From Chiloscyllium plagiosum (taxonomy: Eukaryota), in contig NC_057719.1 of the NCBI RefSeq assembly GCF_004010195.1, positions 56,459,869 to 56,509,065 on the forward strand: DNA of 49,197 bases, given 5' to 3'. Under the pieces are notes generated by a model. The model was not told the DNA's origin. It did no database searches and saw nothing but the letters and a program-made list of their open reading frames with translations. Below, one piece after another: positions 22,133 to 35,734 of this stretch (its first letter is position 1; each line of letters begins with the position of its first letter). Both the position numbers and the translations under genes were made by a program.

Positions 22133-22452
22133 CATACAATCATAGAATGCCACAGTGTGGTACAGGCTATTTGGCCCAACAATTCCACACTAACCCTCCA
22201 AAGAGTAATCCACCCCAAGCCATTCCCTTACCCTATTATTCTACATTTACCCCTGACCAATGCACCTAAACTACACATCCCTGAACATTGGGCAATTAAG
22301 CATGGCCAATTCGCTTAACCTGCACATCTTTTGGGAGGAACCCCATGCAGACACAGGGAGAATGTGCAAACTCCACACAGACAGTCGCCCAAGGCTGGAA
22401 TCGAACCTGGGTCCCTGGTGCTGTGAGGCAGCATGCTAACCACTGAGCCACC
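22133..22452 (-). mobile_element. HE1-type tRNA-derived V-SINE
   Basis: - strand GGTGGCTCAGTGGTTAGCA (A box), GGTTCGATTCC (B box), V-domain TGTGTGGAGTTTGCACATTCTCC, CR1-like tail. Confidence 0.88.
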
Positions 22453-23194
22453 TGGTTTCAAGGTCGTGTTTGCAAGTTATAAACATTTACACCAGCTGTC
22501 TGTTCAGTTAAAGAATTATTTGGCTCAGCTTAAGTTTTAATTATTGTAAGATTGATTTTGTGCTTTGGCAGAGCTGCAAATAACTTCAGATATTTGCTTC
22601 GCTCTCAATCACCAAAAGATGCGCAGAGAGATTTGACATGTAAATTTCTGGGTGCTTTATTACTGCTCCCTAAAAGTTTGGTTGGAGTAAATAGCATGTT
22701 CAGCAGAGTTTTCACCATCCCATAACTTGCATCACAAATATTAAGAGTTTCAAGATAATAATTTACACTATTTTTGCCTGCTTTGAATAAAGTTTGCTTC
22801 CCAAATGTACTACAAAGCCAGAATAGTTTGAATGAAATTACTATTTAAGTGTGTCATAGAGGTAGGACTTAAGTAATGTCTTCAAGGAGTTTTCATAGAG
22901 CTTTAGTAAAATAACTCCAGAAGTTATGCTTAAATGGCTGAAGTGGAGCACTAAAATTGTGGATTCACAGGAGTCCACAATAGGAAGAGTGCAGATAGTT
23001 TGGACAGCTGGAGGAGGTTACAGAAATAGGGAGAATCAGGACAATGGATGAATTGAAAACTAGGATGAGGATTATAAAATCAATATTGGTCGTCCAGTAA
23101 ATCAGTATGTATGGGTGACGGCTTGGATAAGACTTGGTCTAAGTTAAGATATGGGTAGCAGATTTATAACAGCGGAATGGGAAGCTGGCCAGAG

Positions 23195-23491
23195 AGAAAC
23201 AAGTGGATAGCCAGAGACTTCTACCCCTGACGGAAATGTCTATCAGGAGGGGGCAGAATTTTAAGGTTTTGGGGAGATATCAGAGGTAGGTTCTTTACTC
23301 AGAGTGGCGGGTGCGTGAAAGTGGTAGTAGAATCAGATACATTAGGGACATGTAAGCCATTCTTGGATAGGTACATGGAAGTTAGTAAAATGAAAGGTAT
23401 GTAGGTTAGTCTGATCTTAGAGTAGGATAGAAGCCTGGTACAACATAGAGGGTCGAAGCGCCTGTACTGTGCTGTCCTGTTCTATGTTCTA
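23195..23491 (+). mobile_element. CR1 3' end
   Basis: ttctttactcagagtgg...ctgtactgtgctgtcctgttctatgttcta tail. Confidence 0.75.
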
Positions 23492-23914
23492 AATGCTGGT
23501 CATCAAATCTAGAGATAACGTAGGCAAGCCTATGTTTCAGAAGTATGTGGACTGGAATATAGTTGGAAACAGGTGATGAAAGTAGGCAGTCTTGGTAAAG
23601 GAATAGAAATGCGAATTCAGTCAGTTACAATGTGTTCAGTTATAATAAGAATCATTCCCACCTCTGACCTAGTATTAACAAAGCTCCCCTGCAAGTGACA
23701 TTATCATTTGACCACATATCCGATACAGCTGCAACCTATGCATTGCTACCCCTAGTTTGTAAAATTCTTAAATTGGCGGTCAAATCTATTTTTTAAGAGC
23801 ATTATTATGTCACCAATCTTAGAAGCTGCCAAACTAGCTCCTAGCAAAGTCTGTTTGCCTCTGTTGAGCAAATGCTATCTTTTCCTGTTTCTTACCTGCA
23901 ATAATTTATCAGCA

Positions 23915-24738
23915 AAAGGATGGGCCAATGGGCTGAGAAGTGGCAGATGGAGTTTAATTCAGATAAATGCGAGGTGCTGCATTTTGGGAAAGCAAATCTT
24001 AGCAGGACTTATACACTTAATGGTAAGGTCCTAGGGAGTGTTATTGAACAAAGAGACTTTGGAGTGCAGGTTCATAGCTCCTTGAAAGTGGAGTCACAGA
24101 TAGATAGGATTGTGAAGAAGGCATTTGGTATGCTTTCGTTTATTGGTCAGAGTATTGAGTACAGGAATTGAGAGGTCATGTTGTGGCTGTACAGGACATT
24201 GGTTAGGCCACTGTTGGAATATTGCATGCAATTCTGGTCTCCTTCCTATCAGAAAGATGTTGTGAAACTCAAAAGGGTTCAGAAAAGATTTACAAGGATG
24301 TTGCCAGGGTTGGAGGATTTGAGTTATAGGGAGAGGCTGTTTTCCCTGGAGCGTCAGAGGCTGAGGGGTGAACTTAGAGGTTTACAAAATTATGAGGGGC
24401 ATGGATAGGATAAATAAAGTCTTTTCCCTGGATGGGGGAGTCCAGAACTAGAGGGCATAGGTTTAGGGTGAGAGGGAAAAGATATAAAAGAGACCTAAGG
24501 GGCAACATTTTCACGCAGAGGGTGGTATGTATATGGAATGAGCTGCCAGAGGAAGTGGTGGAGGCTAGTACAATTGCAACATTTAAAAGGCATCTAGATG
24601 GGTATATGAATAGGAAGGGTTTGGAGGGATATGGGCCGGGTGCTGGCGCGTGGGACTAGATTGCGTTGGGATATCTAATCGGCATGGACAAGTTGGACCG
24701 AAGGGTCTGCTTCTGTGTTGCACATCGCTCTGACTCTA
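23915..24738 (+). mobile_element. CR1 (HER1-like) 3' fragment
   Basis: WAEKWQMEFNSDKCEVLHFG, LYRTLVRPLLEYC, FTQRVVCIWNELP, tail ctctgactcta. Confidence 0.9.
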
Positions 24739-24923
24739 CTTTCCTTTATAATTTAAACAGATGTTCTAACAGAAGATTACTTAACAAACCTAAGCAGATA
24801 TTGATATTACAATATTTTAAAAATTATTTTAAAATATTAACTTTTTGGAGAAAATGGTTTCAACTAACACTAAAGACTTCAGTGAAGACTTGTAGCTCCC
24901 CCAATGAAACGCCATCTTGATAT

Positions 24924-25511
24924 GAAATTGAGGGTTTGGTTAAGAAAATGAAGGAAGCAAATGTCAAGTACAGACAGGATAAATTGAGTGAATCTTTAGA
25001 AGAGTATAAAGGCAGTATAAGTATACTTCAGAGGGAAATCAGGAGGACAAAAAGGGGACATCAGATAGCTTTGGCAAATAGAATTAAGGAGAATCCAAAG
25101 GGTTTTTACAAATACATTAAGGACAAAAGGGTAACTAGGGACAGAATAGGGCCTCTCAAAGGTCTGCAAGACGGCCTTTGTGTGGAGCCGCAGAAAATGG
25201 GGGAGATACTAAATGAGTATTTTGCATCAGTATTTACTGTGGAAAAGGATATGCAAGATATAGAATATAGGGAGATAGATGGTGACAGCTTGAAAGATAT
25301 CCATTTTATAGAGGAGGAAGTGTTGGATGTCTTGAAATGCATAAACATGGATAAAACCACAGGACCTGATCAGGTGTACCCTAGAACTCTGTGGGAAGCT
25401 AGAGAAGTGATTGCTGGGCCTCTTGCTGAGATATTTGTATCATTGATAGTCACAGGTGAGGTGTCGGAAGACTGGAGGTTGACTAACGTGGTACCATTGT
25501 TTAAGAAGGGT
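24924..25511 (+). mobile_element. CR1 ORF2 fragment running into an assembly gap
   Basis: KENPKGFYKYI, ILNEYFASVFT, GPDQVYPRTLWE, DWRLTNVVPLFKKG. Confidence 0.9.
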
Positions 25512-26011
25512 NNNNNNNNNNNNNNNNNNNNNNNNNNNNNNNNNNNNNNNNNNNNNNNNNNNNNNNNNNNNNNNNNNNNNNNNNNNNNNNNNNNNNNNNN
25601 NNNNNNNNNNNNNNNNNNNNNNNNNNNNNNNNNNNNNNNNNNNNNNNNNNNNNNNNNNNNNNNNNNNNNNNNNNNNNNNNNNNNNNNNNNNNNNNNNNNN
25701 NNNNNNNNNNNNNNNNNNNNNNNNNNNNNNNNNNNNNNNNNNNNNNNNNNNNNNNNNNNNNNNNNNNNNNNNNNNNNNNNNNNNNNNNNNNNNNNNNNNN
25801 NNNNNNNNNNNNNNNNNNNNNNNNNNNNNNNNNNNNNNNNNNNNNNNNNNNNNNNNNNNNNNNNNNNNNNNNNNNNNNNNNNNNNNNNNNNNNNNNNNNN
25901 NNNNNNNNNNNNNNNNNNNNNNNNNNNNNNNNNNNNNNNNNNNNNNNNNNNNNNNNNNNNNNNNNNNNNNNNNNNNNNNNNNNNNNNNNNNNNNNNNNNN
26001 NNNNNNNNNNN
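25512..26011. other. Assembly gap (500 N)
   Basis: Run of N. Confidence 1.
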
Positions 26012-27612
26012 GAGTATGATTTTAATTTCCACTACAGAAACCAGGCTGCAGGGTGAGTAAGACAAGGAACTAAATATTCAAGGCCTTTTTAACACTTCAG
26101 AAGGACTAGCAAAAAGGAAGAGGTGATATTTTGTTGATAAGGGATGGAGTCAGTATGCAAATAAGGAAGGATCATCAATGGAATGAAAAAAATGTGGAAT
26201 CTTTTTAAGTGAAATTAAGACACAGTGATGGGCAGCAAACACTTGTAGGAATGGTTTATTTGTTACTGCATGGTGTTAATCAGGAAATTAAAGAATCATA
26301 CTGTTATCATCCCAGCTATTAGATGAATCCTGAATTAAATCCTGAATGAAATCTGGATGATAGGCTGTATTTTGTTTTCTTATATTCTGTGGTGGTCTTC
26401 CACTGAAACATGAACACAAGGCTTCAGATTCTATTATAGAAACAAAATAGAAGTTTATTACACAAAAGAAATAAATATGAAAATGAACCAAATTGTTACA
26501 TATTACACACAAATTGTGAATGAAACTCAACATTGGCAGCAGCTATTTGGAGAACATAATTAAGTTTTCGAGTTCAGGGATTCTTCTCAATGTTAACTCT
26601 GCTTTCTCTCCACAACTGTCACCAGACTTACTGAGTTTCAGAAACAATTTCTGTTCATATTTCAGATCTCCAGCTTCTACAGTTCATTGTTTTATTTATC
26701 TACAGGTATATTTTTGAAGTCTATCAGAAAAAAATCTCATCCGCACCTCCCAAACCATTATTTCACAGTTACTCAAAAGTCCAGAGAAATAACTTGCCTA
26801 TAAAAATCTGTAGATTTGAGTTAACTGTTTCTCCATATTATTCCCATGATCTGAGACCTTTTCTCTGGACCACACTCTCAACTGAGAGCTTAGACTTTAG
26901 TCTTGTAATAATATACAACATGCTAACCAAACATTCCTGGCCTGAAAGCTTCATAAAATAATTGCTCTGAACAAACTCCTTTTTTTTTCCAGGAGAAACT
27001 ATATTTATTTTGGACTTTGAACTGCCCAAAAGCTTTTTGTGCTATATTTGTAAATTTTCTCTCCTATCTTCTGTAAAGTTAATGACTTAATGTTTTCTCT
27101 CCTTTCATAAACGAGGAAAGTACGGGGGGGGGGAAAGAAAACAAAACTTTCAATAACATTCCAGGAGACAGTTGTTTAAATACAGTGTTTCTGGAAATAC
27201 TGACAGAGTTGATATTTAATAAAAGTTAATGAAAATGTGTAAGCCTCCTTGTAAATATCAATCTGTAAGCTTATCTTCAAATGAAGATCTCACAATATTT
27301 GAGCCAGCTTAATAAGCAATTAAAATTAAAATTGCTATTGACAAAGAAGACCTCAGCACAATAAAACACGCCAGGTCCGACCAATGAACTCTTTGAGAAA
27401 TCTTGATAAACTAGTCAAGACTCAAATCAATTATGAGTGAAACACAAGATCAGAATATAATTAGGAATTTGTCTTTAAGCAAAAATTGAAAATGCAATTC
27501 ATCACTTCTTAAGTAGATTCAGGGTCCAGAAAAGTTAGCAGTAGATAACAACAATATTAAAAAGTCGTTGATGACCATCTCTCACCAGCTCTGATTTTCA
27601 GTTCTCATTCAG

Positions 27613-28374
27613 CTATTGAGCTATGGGGAGAGGCTGATTTCCCTGGAGCATCGGAGGCTGAGGGGTTAACTTAGAGGTTTACAAAATTATGAGGGGCATG
27701 GATAGGATAAATAGACAAACTCTTTCCCCTGGGGCCGGGAAGTCCAGGACTAGAGGTTTTGGATTTAGGGTGAGAGGGAAAAGATGTAAAAGAGACCTAA
27801 GGGGCAACCTTTTCACACAGAGGGTGGTACGCGTATGGAATGAGCTGCCAGAAGAAGTGGTGGAGGCTGGTACAATTGCAACATTTAAAAGGCATTTGGA
27901 TGGGTATATGAATAGGAAGGGTTTGGAGGGATATAGGCCGAGTGCTGGCAAGTGGGACTAGATTGGGTTGGGATAGCTGGTCGGCATGGATGGATTGGAC
28001 CAAAGTGATTGCTGGGCCTCTTGCTGAGAGATTTGTATCATCGATAGTCACAGGTGAGGTGCTGGAAAACTGGAGGTTGGCTAACGTGGTGCCACTGTTT
28101 AAGAAGGGTGGTAAGGACAAGCCAGGGAACTAGAGACCAGTGAGCCTGACGTCGGTAGTGGGCAAGTTGTTGGAGGGAATCCTGAGGGACAGGGTGTACA
28201 TGTACTTGGAAAGGCAAGGACTGATTAGGTTTAGTCAACATGGCTTTATGCTTGGGAAATCATGTCTCACAAACTTGATTGAGTTTTTTGAAGAAGTAAC
28301 AAAGAGGATTGATGAGGGCAGAGCAGTAGCTGTGATCTATATGGACTTCAGTAAGGCGTTCCATGACTCTATGA
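27613..28374 (+). mobile_element. Rearranged CR1: 3' end followed by an internal RT segment and then the tail
   Basis: 27613-28002 is the ORF2 end plus 3' UTR; 28003-28361 is RT (NWRLANVVPLFKKG..YMDFSKAF); then catgactctatga. Confidence 0.85.
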
Positions 28375-30039
28375 AACATCAACTCAATTTCTGTATGGCA
28401 GCTGAGTCAACACTTTTTATTTCAATTTTACTTGACTATCAACTTGTAGCCAGCAGATGGTGCTTTTGTCACAAACTTCCCATATATTTTCTGATTTGTT
28501 TATCAGTCTTGACTCCAACACAGACAAACCGATTTTTTTTTTTAAATTAGCATTTTAATCTTCAACTTTCTATATAAGATTTATTCGTTTGATTTTGGAC
28601 TCACAGCCATTTGCATAGCATTATGAGATGATATGAAATGCATTGCCTGAAAGGGTAGGTTGAAGCAGATTCAATGAAAACTTCGAAAAGACAATTGGGT
28701 AAACACTTTAAAACGAAACTAATCTGCGGAGTTGTGGGAAAAGAGCAGGTGAGCAGCTTTAATTGACCAAATTAAAGCAAGGCATAGACACAATGGATAG
28801 AATGGCCTCCAGTGCTGTGATTATATGTGTTCCCAAAGTTTTGAATAATAGCATTCTGGATACAGCTGCAACGATATATGCAAGAGAAATGTTGGCAGCT
28901 GTATTTATGATTTACCTTTTCGCCTCTGCTTGCTCCCATCACTCTGTGCCAAAGTATGTATAGTAGAAATGAATCTGGATTTTATCGAGAATGTTAATTT
29001 CCTTGGATCAGCACAGATCACATTTTAACTGTCTGTACTAGCACAATTTCAGTTCAAAATATGGCATTTGTATTATTTGGAATAAACAAAAGAAAAGCCT
29101 ATTTTAATCTCATGTTTCTGACATGCAGCAACTGATCCCTCTCAGGTTGCTTCATTAAAAAAGATCCTTCTCCTTCAGTAAATAAAGTTAAGAGACATTG
29201 AGATAAATTGTAATGTCAACCTGAACTAAATTTGTTTCAAGTAGGTGTCAGTCCAGCAGTCTTTCTATGCTTAGTTCCTCCTAGTGTGTTTTACTCACCG
29301 AACCATCCAGAAACTTAGTATCTGTTAAAATACATAAATTAAATGTATCCCTGACAGCTTGTGTATATTATGTGTCTGTCAGACAGATCAGGAAGGCCTT
29401 AATGTTATTTCTCAATTTCCAGGATAAGCTTAACTGAAGTTTTGGCCTGAATATTTCATTTCAGTACAAATACAGTATAGCTTGACAGATTATTCTGCCC
29501 AGCCCTGGCCCTGTTTTGAGAAATATCATCAGATTTCTAATACAGTCTCTAGTTTGATTAGGAAAGTGTACATTTGGGAAAGAGGTGATGGTGTGCTGCC
29601 TCTGAAAATCGCATACTTGTGGCAGCTTAAATGGCCACTCATATATTCAGAATCTATAGAGGAGGATGTCAGCTGGGAGGAAGAGACTTCATTGAATATC
29701 CTTATCAACAAAAATGGAAGCAAAGCTTTTACTACAAAACACTGAAACATTCATAACAACCTTTGGTCAGTAGTGCTAAGTGAACCTTCTTGGTATCCTC
29801 ATGAGATTTCAACCAATGCAAATTTCTAGTTGTCAATTTGTTGTCTCCAAGTTATATCAAAAAAGTGGTTGAACTTCTTGAATATAATAAAGTCTTAAGT
29901 CCTGTACACAAGATCTAGCTACATTGCTCACAAAGCTGTTCCAACATATCTATAACACTTACATCCATAACAATGTGGAAATTTGCCTGCATATGTTCTT
30001 TCCATTAACTATTCGTACCTTTTTCTTCATCTATCGAAT

Positions 30040-31510
30040 GTGGTGTCACTGGCTCTGAATCTCATTACAGTTTTGGTCCAAACATAGTCAAGAGCTGAAT
30101 TGCGGAGGTGAGGTGAAAGTGACTTATTTTGGCATCAAGGCAACTTTTGACAGATTGTGGCACTGTGGAGCCCTGGCTAAATTGAGATAAATGGAATTCT
30201 GGGGGAAGTTTTCCATTGGTTGGTGTCATACCTAGCACAAAGGAAGACAACTATGGTTGTTAGACAGTAAGCATCTGACCCACAGGATGTTGCTGCATGG
30301 TTCTTCAGGGTAGACACAACCATCTGCTTCATCAATGACCTTCACTCCATCACAAGATCAGAAGTGGGAATTTTTGCAGATAGTTGTAATATTCAGTGCT
30401 TCTTATAACTCTTAAGGTACTGAAGCAGTTTCTGCATGTATGCAGCAGCTGGAGTAGAATGGTGCTGGAAAGGCACAGCAGTTCAGGCAGCATCCAAGGA
30501 GCAGGAAAATCGATGTCATCAGGAAAACAGGCAGTGTGCCTGAAGGGTGGAGAGATAAATGAGACGAAGGTGGGGGTTGGGAGAAATAGCATAGAGTACA
30601 ATGGGTGGATGGGGGTGGGATGAAGGTGATAGGTTAGAGAGGAGGGTGGAGTGGATAGGTGGAATGGAAGATAGGCTGGTAGGACAGGTCATGGGGACGG
30701 TGCTGAGCTGGAAGTTTGGAACTGGGGTGAGATGGGGGAAGGGGAAATGAGGAAACTGGTGAAGTCCACAATGATGCCATGGGGTTGAAGGCATATGTAT
30801 GCAGCAGCACCTGGGCAACATTCAAGGTTGATAAGTAGAAGATAATATGCATAGCACACAGATGCCAGAAAATAGCCTCTACAACAAAAGAGAAATTTAA
30901 CCATCCCATTCATATCCCTAGAGGTTCTCAGTGACTAGAAACTGAACTGCATAAGCCATGTAATTATTGTGGCTACAAGAGTAGGACAGAGGCTTGGAAT
31001 TCTGTCATGAGCAACTTGACTTTTGATTCCCAAGGCCTTTCCACTATCTACAAGGCACCAGTCATGAGTGTGATGGAATACCCTCCACTTGCCTGGATAA
31101 GTAATGCTCTAACAGCATTCAAATAAAACTATCTGGACCATCCAAGTCAAAGCAATCCACTTGATTAATAATCCAACTAGCCTCTTAAATATGCACCTTT
31201 TTCCGCCTCAGTGAGCCATGGCACCGGTGTATATCATCTGTAAGGCATACTGCATTTAACTTCCTTTGGCAGCATTTTCCAATTGCAACTTCTGCCACTT
31301 AGAACAGGATGGTAGGTTCATTAAAACACCACCTCTTGCAACTTTCTCTCCAAGTCGCACAGCATCTTAATTTGGCACTAAATTGCCATTGCCTCACAGT
31401 TTCAAGTCAGAATCTGAGAGCTCCTTTTCTATCATCGCCTGCAACACATGGACTGCAGTGGATGAAGAAAGCAGCTTAATACCACTATTTCAAAAGCAAT
31501 AGTGTCATCA
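30040..31510 (+). mobile_element. Old CR1/L2-group LINE RT-to-3' fragment, interrupted by a PLE
   Basis: Remnants of V.QG..., CFINDLHSITRSEVGIFAD, QQHLGNIQ, TIYKAPVMSVMEYPPLAWI. Confidence 0.6.
30450..30794 (-). mobile_element. Neptune-type PLE terminal fragment with 14-bp TSD
   Basis: Homologous to 11750-11950 and 12860-13180. TSD ATGTATGCAGCAGC at 30436-30449 and 30795-30808. Hammerhead stem II and GAAA region deleted. Confidence 0.82.
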
Positions 31511-34500
31511 AATGGTTCTTTCTTATTTACAGATTCTTTATTTAGGTTCTGACAGGATCTCTTACCTCCAGATTTTCTTACAATGCTGGCCCAAGTATGA
31601 ACAGAAGTGGGGAGGAAAGAATGACTTTCCTTGACTTGAAAGCTGCATTTTATCAAGGTGGGAACCAACAAATTCTCATAAAACATGAGCCACTAACATC
31701 AGGGGAGAAAGCTTGCAACAGACTAGAGCACAGGAATATAGTTGTTTGTTAGAGGCAAGGACAGTGGTCAGTGGACCTGCTTGCAGATCATTGCACAGTG
31801 TTCAATTCCATTTGCAATTCCTAAAAAGTTGTTTCTGCCTGCATAAAGCAAGATCTGCTCAACATTTCAGTCCAATATATGTGGCATAATATTTAATATT
31901 TGTGCCTGTTGACAATCTTCCCCAATAACATAATTAAATTATCTCCTTATTGCATTCAATAGCAATACTATCACTGGAATCCATAAGGTGATTTGATGTA
32001 GATACTGCTGACATTTGGAAGTGACTTTGTGGTGGCACAAGAATGAAAGTTGGTCTGTGCAGAGAATATATATTATTTTATGTAATAGTTTAGAGATTGA
32101 GCCATGCCTATTTTTGGGAACAGCGGGTACTCAATTTGTGCCCTTTAGTAACTGAATGGTGAAATCAGAGATTCTCCATATAATGAGTATCTAGTCTCAT
32201 TTGAGTATCGCTAACAAAATGTGAAGAATTCATTAAATGAAGATGACTCCCAGGTTTATCCCATTATCACAGATGGAGTGGCATTTGGGAAGTGTTGTCA
32301 GGGATCAGGAGAGGATCCCAGATTGTGAGGCTGTTTGGAGCATTTAGAGAGGTAAAACAGTGGATTGAGCAGGGGTTTTGGGATTGAGAGAATCAAAGTT
32401 TGAGTGAAGCAGGCTGGGATGCGGATTAGAGAACATCTGAAGAGGAGTAATCTGAACCCATTTTGGGTAAGAGAGGTGGCAAGGGTTGAGGTGAGTCAGA
32501 TGGACATGAAATATCAGGGGAGTTCAATTGTGTTAAGCTAGACAGCTGGAGGAGACCATCCAGTTTCAGGAGATGCATAGTTGAGGCACGGGAGCTACAG
32601 TCAGAAGTTAGCAGAGGCATAAGGGGGCCATCACGAGTTGAGAAGGGAATAGGGCTTGGGGAGAATTCTGGGATTTGGTAGCTTTAGTGATTTATATTTG
32701 AGAGAAGCATGAGTGCTCTTACTTATGTCTCTGTGTTTAAAGATAATCTATAAGACTAGTTTCCCTGAGTACAATAAGTGGTGCAATGGAAATAAAAACA
32801 GAAAATGCTGGAAAAACTCAACAGGCCTAAAAGCATCTGCAGGAAGTGAGAAGTAGAGTTAATATTTTGAGTTCAATCTGACAACTCTTTAGAGCAACGG
32901 TGGATTGTGGTAGAATGGGCTGCCAGCAGTATAGGAGTTATACCTCATATTTTTATATGCGTTGTACAGCCTCTTTATTCTCACCAATTTGGCATTATAC
33001 TTGCAGCTGGAAGCGTGCACGTTTCTCTGTTCTGTTGGGACTTTAGTTTCGATAAACCCAGAAAATGGGTATTTGTAGATAAATTTCTGTGTTTACGGAA
33101 ATTGCTTTGGCTGTTTTCCAAAAATACACCGTGTCCTCATTGTCAGCCAGTATTTGCAATTTTATTTTTTAACAGAAGAGGAGGTACCATTTCACTCTCA
33201 CTGAACATTTTTGCTTATTAAGACATTTTTTACATATTGTATTCTTTTTCTTGATCTGCTGTTAGAAAATCATTTTATATCATTGTAAGTAAAACAATGC
33301 AGCATTATTAAACATGTTCTTTTAAATTCTGTTAACTGTCACAAAAGAATTTTTGTGGAAGTATTTTTAACAGCAAAAATATAATTCTAGAGGCATTGAT
33401 TTTGTGATCCTCTTGCTTTATTTATTTGTGTTGTGCTTAATTACTTAGTTGCATTTGTGTTTTGAGTTCCTTTTGACATGTTTGTGGATATTGTGAAACT
33501 AGGGATTGATTAAGGCATAGAAGGTGTGGTTTCTTTTAGCTTGCATTCGAGGATTGTGCTGAATTCCCTGAAATAATTGCCAAGTAACTAAACTCAAATG
33601 AAAACATCAAGTTGAATAGTAATAGAGTCCTTCATGCAATCAGATTCGCTCTTAGCAAATTAATCCTTTAATTATGAACTTTTCCAAAAACTGCTCATCA
33701 CTATCAGGGATGGAATGGAACATCAAATTTCAATTTGTTGAATGTTTGCCAATAATAAAATATTACCAGAGTAAGGAGCAGCTTAATGACATAGAATCCT
33801 ATTCTACTTTTGCTTAACATCAGAAAGCAGATGAAAAACAAACTTTAACCACAATATTAAAAATACTAACTTTAAATGCCAATAACATAAGAGTGACATG
33901 TAAAAAGCAATGGTCTGTTCAATAAGTAGCTCTTTCAGAGCATATTTAAATATCAGAAATAGAATTAAGGTAGATAAAAAGAATTCCATGTTTCACAGCC
34001 TGAAGATTAAAAAGAACTAGTTGCTACATACGCACAGAGGGGTGGATTTCATCTCTGAGATTCTATGTTATTTCAATGAACTTCTCAGTAAGCTTTTGCT
34101 ACAAGCTTATACATCTGGTAATAAACATTTAATGTGTCTGGAGATGGTGAGCTATTGCTCTTTGTTAACAATTCTTAGAATTTCACTGCCTGCTTTTCTC
34201 CATTTTTCCTTGTGCACAAAACAGTCATTTATGATACAATTGTAAAACATTTCAGAAAGACAAGCTTACTTACTTTTTCCTTTGGGTATGTTTATATTAC
34301 TGTGAAGGAAAGCATTAAAAATAGTGGAAGAAGCTTAAACATTTAAGTAGCATGGCAAAGTTTACTCTGCAAATTTCTTTGATAGAATAGCAATGTTATA
34401 TTTTCCCCACAAGGCATAAAATTATCATCAATCAGACCAAGTAAAGAAATTAGAAATAGATGAGGTTAATATACAAAATAAAAATGAGCAGAAGGTAAAG

Positions 34501-34665
34501 GTTAAATCCCAAAGCAAATGGGTATAAGCTGAAAAAATGGCTGGCACGGCTTAATAAGCTTAATAAGCTTTGAATAAACTCTGACTTTGTAACTTTCGTG
34601 CAAGTATTCTGGTTTGTTTTCAAGATCTTTTGATGCATTGGTTCAACCATGAGGAAGATCACCGT

Positions 34666-34873
34666 GGGCGGCACGGTGGCACAGTGGTTAGCACTGCTGC
34701 CTCGCAGCGCCAGAGACCCGGGTTCAATTCCCGACTCAGGCGACTGACTGTGTGGAGTTTGCACGTTCTCCCCGTGTCTGCGTGAGTTTCCTCCGGGTGC
34801 TCCGGTTTCCTCCCACAGTCCAAAGATGTGCAGGTCAGGTGAATTGGCCATGCTAAATTGCCCGTAGTGTTAG
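34666..34873 (+). mobile_element. HE1-type tRNA-derived V-SINE, cut by the gap
   Basis: A box TGGCACAGTGG, B box GGTTCAATTCC, V-domain TGTGTGGAGTTTGCACGTTCTCCCCGTGTCTGCGT..TTTCCTCCGGGTGCTCCGGTTTCCTCCCACAGTCCAAAGA. Confidence 0.92.
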
Positions 34874-35734
34874 NNNNNNNNNNNNNNNNNNNNNNNNNNN
34901 NNNNNNNNNNNNNNNNNNNNNNNNNNNNNNNNNNNNNNNNNNNNNNNNNNNNNNNNNNNNNNNNNNNNNNNNNNNNNNNNNNNNNNNNNNNNNNNNNNNN
35001 NNNNNNNNNNNNNNNNNNNNNNNNNNNNNNNNNNNNNNNNNNNNNNNNNNNNNNNNNNNNNNNNNNNNNNNNNNNNNNNNNNNNNNNNNNNNNNNNNNNN
35101 NNNNNNNNNNNNNNNNNNNNNNNNNNNNNNNNNNNNNNNNNNNNNNNNNNNNNNNNNNNNNNNNNNNNNNNNNNNNNNNNNNNNNNNNNNNNNNNNNNNN
35201 NNNNNNNNNNNNNNNNNNNNNNNNNNNNNNNNNNNNNNNNNNNNNNNNNNNNNNNNNNNNNNNNNNNNNNNNNNNNNNNNNNNNNNNNNNNNNNNNNNNN
35301 NNNNNNNNNNNNNNNNNNNNNNNNNNNNNNNNNNNNNNNNNNNNNNNNNNNNNNNNNNNNNNNNNNNNNNNNNNNNNNNNNNNNNNNNNNNNNNNNNNNN
35401 NNNNNNNNNNNNNNNNNNNNNNNNNNNNNNNNNNNNNNNNNNNNNNNNNNNNNNNNNNNNNNNNNNNNNNNNNNNNNNNNNNNNNNNNNNNNNNNNNNNN
35501 NNNNNNNNNNNNNNNNNNNNNNNNNNNNNNNNNNNNNNNNNNNNNNNNNNNNNNNNNNNNNNNNNNNNNNNNNNNNNNNNNNNNNNNNNNNNNNNNNNNN
35601 NNNNNNNNNNNNNNNNNNNNNNNNNNNNNNNNNNNNNNNNNNNNNNNNNNNNNNNNNNNNNNNNNNNNNNNNNNNNNNNNNNNNNNNNNNNNNNNNNNNN
35701 NNNNNNNNNNNNNNNNNNNNNNNNNNNNNNNNNN
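34874..35734. other. Assembly gap (861 N)
   Basis: Run of N. Confidence 1.

Noticed and set aside
24936..26065. Long ORFs of 374 and 231 aa
   Set aside because: Artefacts of reading through the N gap; the real part is CR1 ORF2.
32200..32700. Purine-rich stretch, possibly an old L2 fragment
   Set aside because: Too decayed to support a family call without alignment.
34549..34570. CTTAATAAG short tandem/palindrome
   Set aside because: Short slippage-type duplication with no further structure.
34666..34740. tRNA-like sequence
   Set aside because: Continues directly into the V-SINE core; it is a SINE head, not a tRNA gene.
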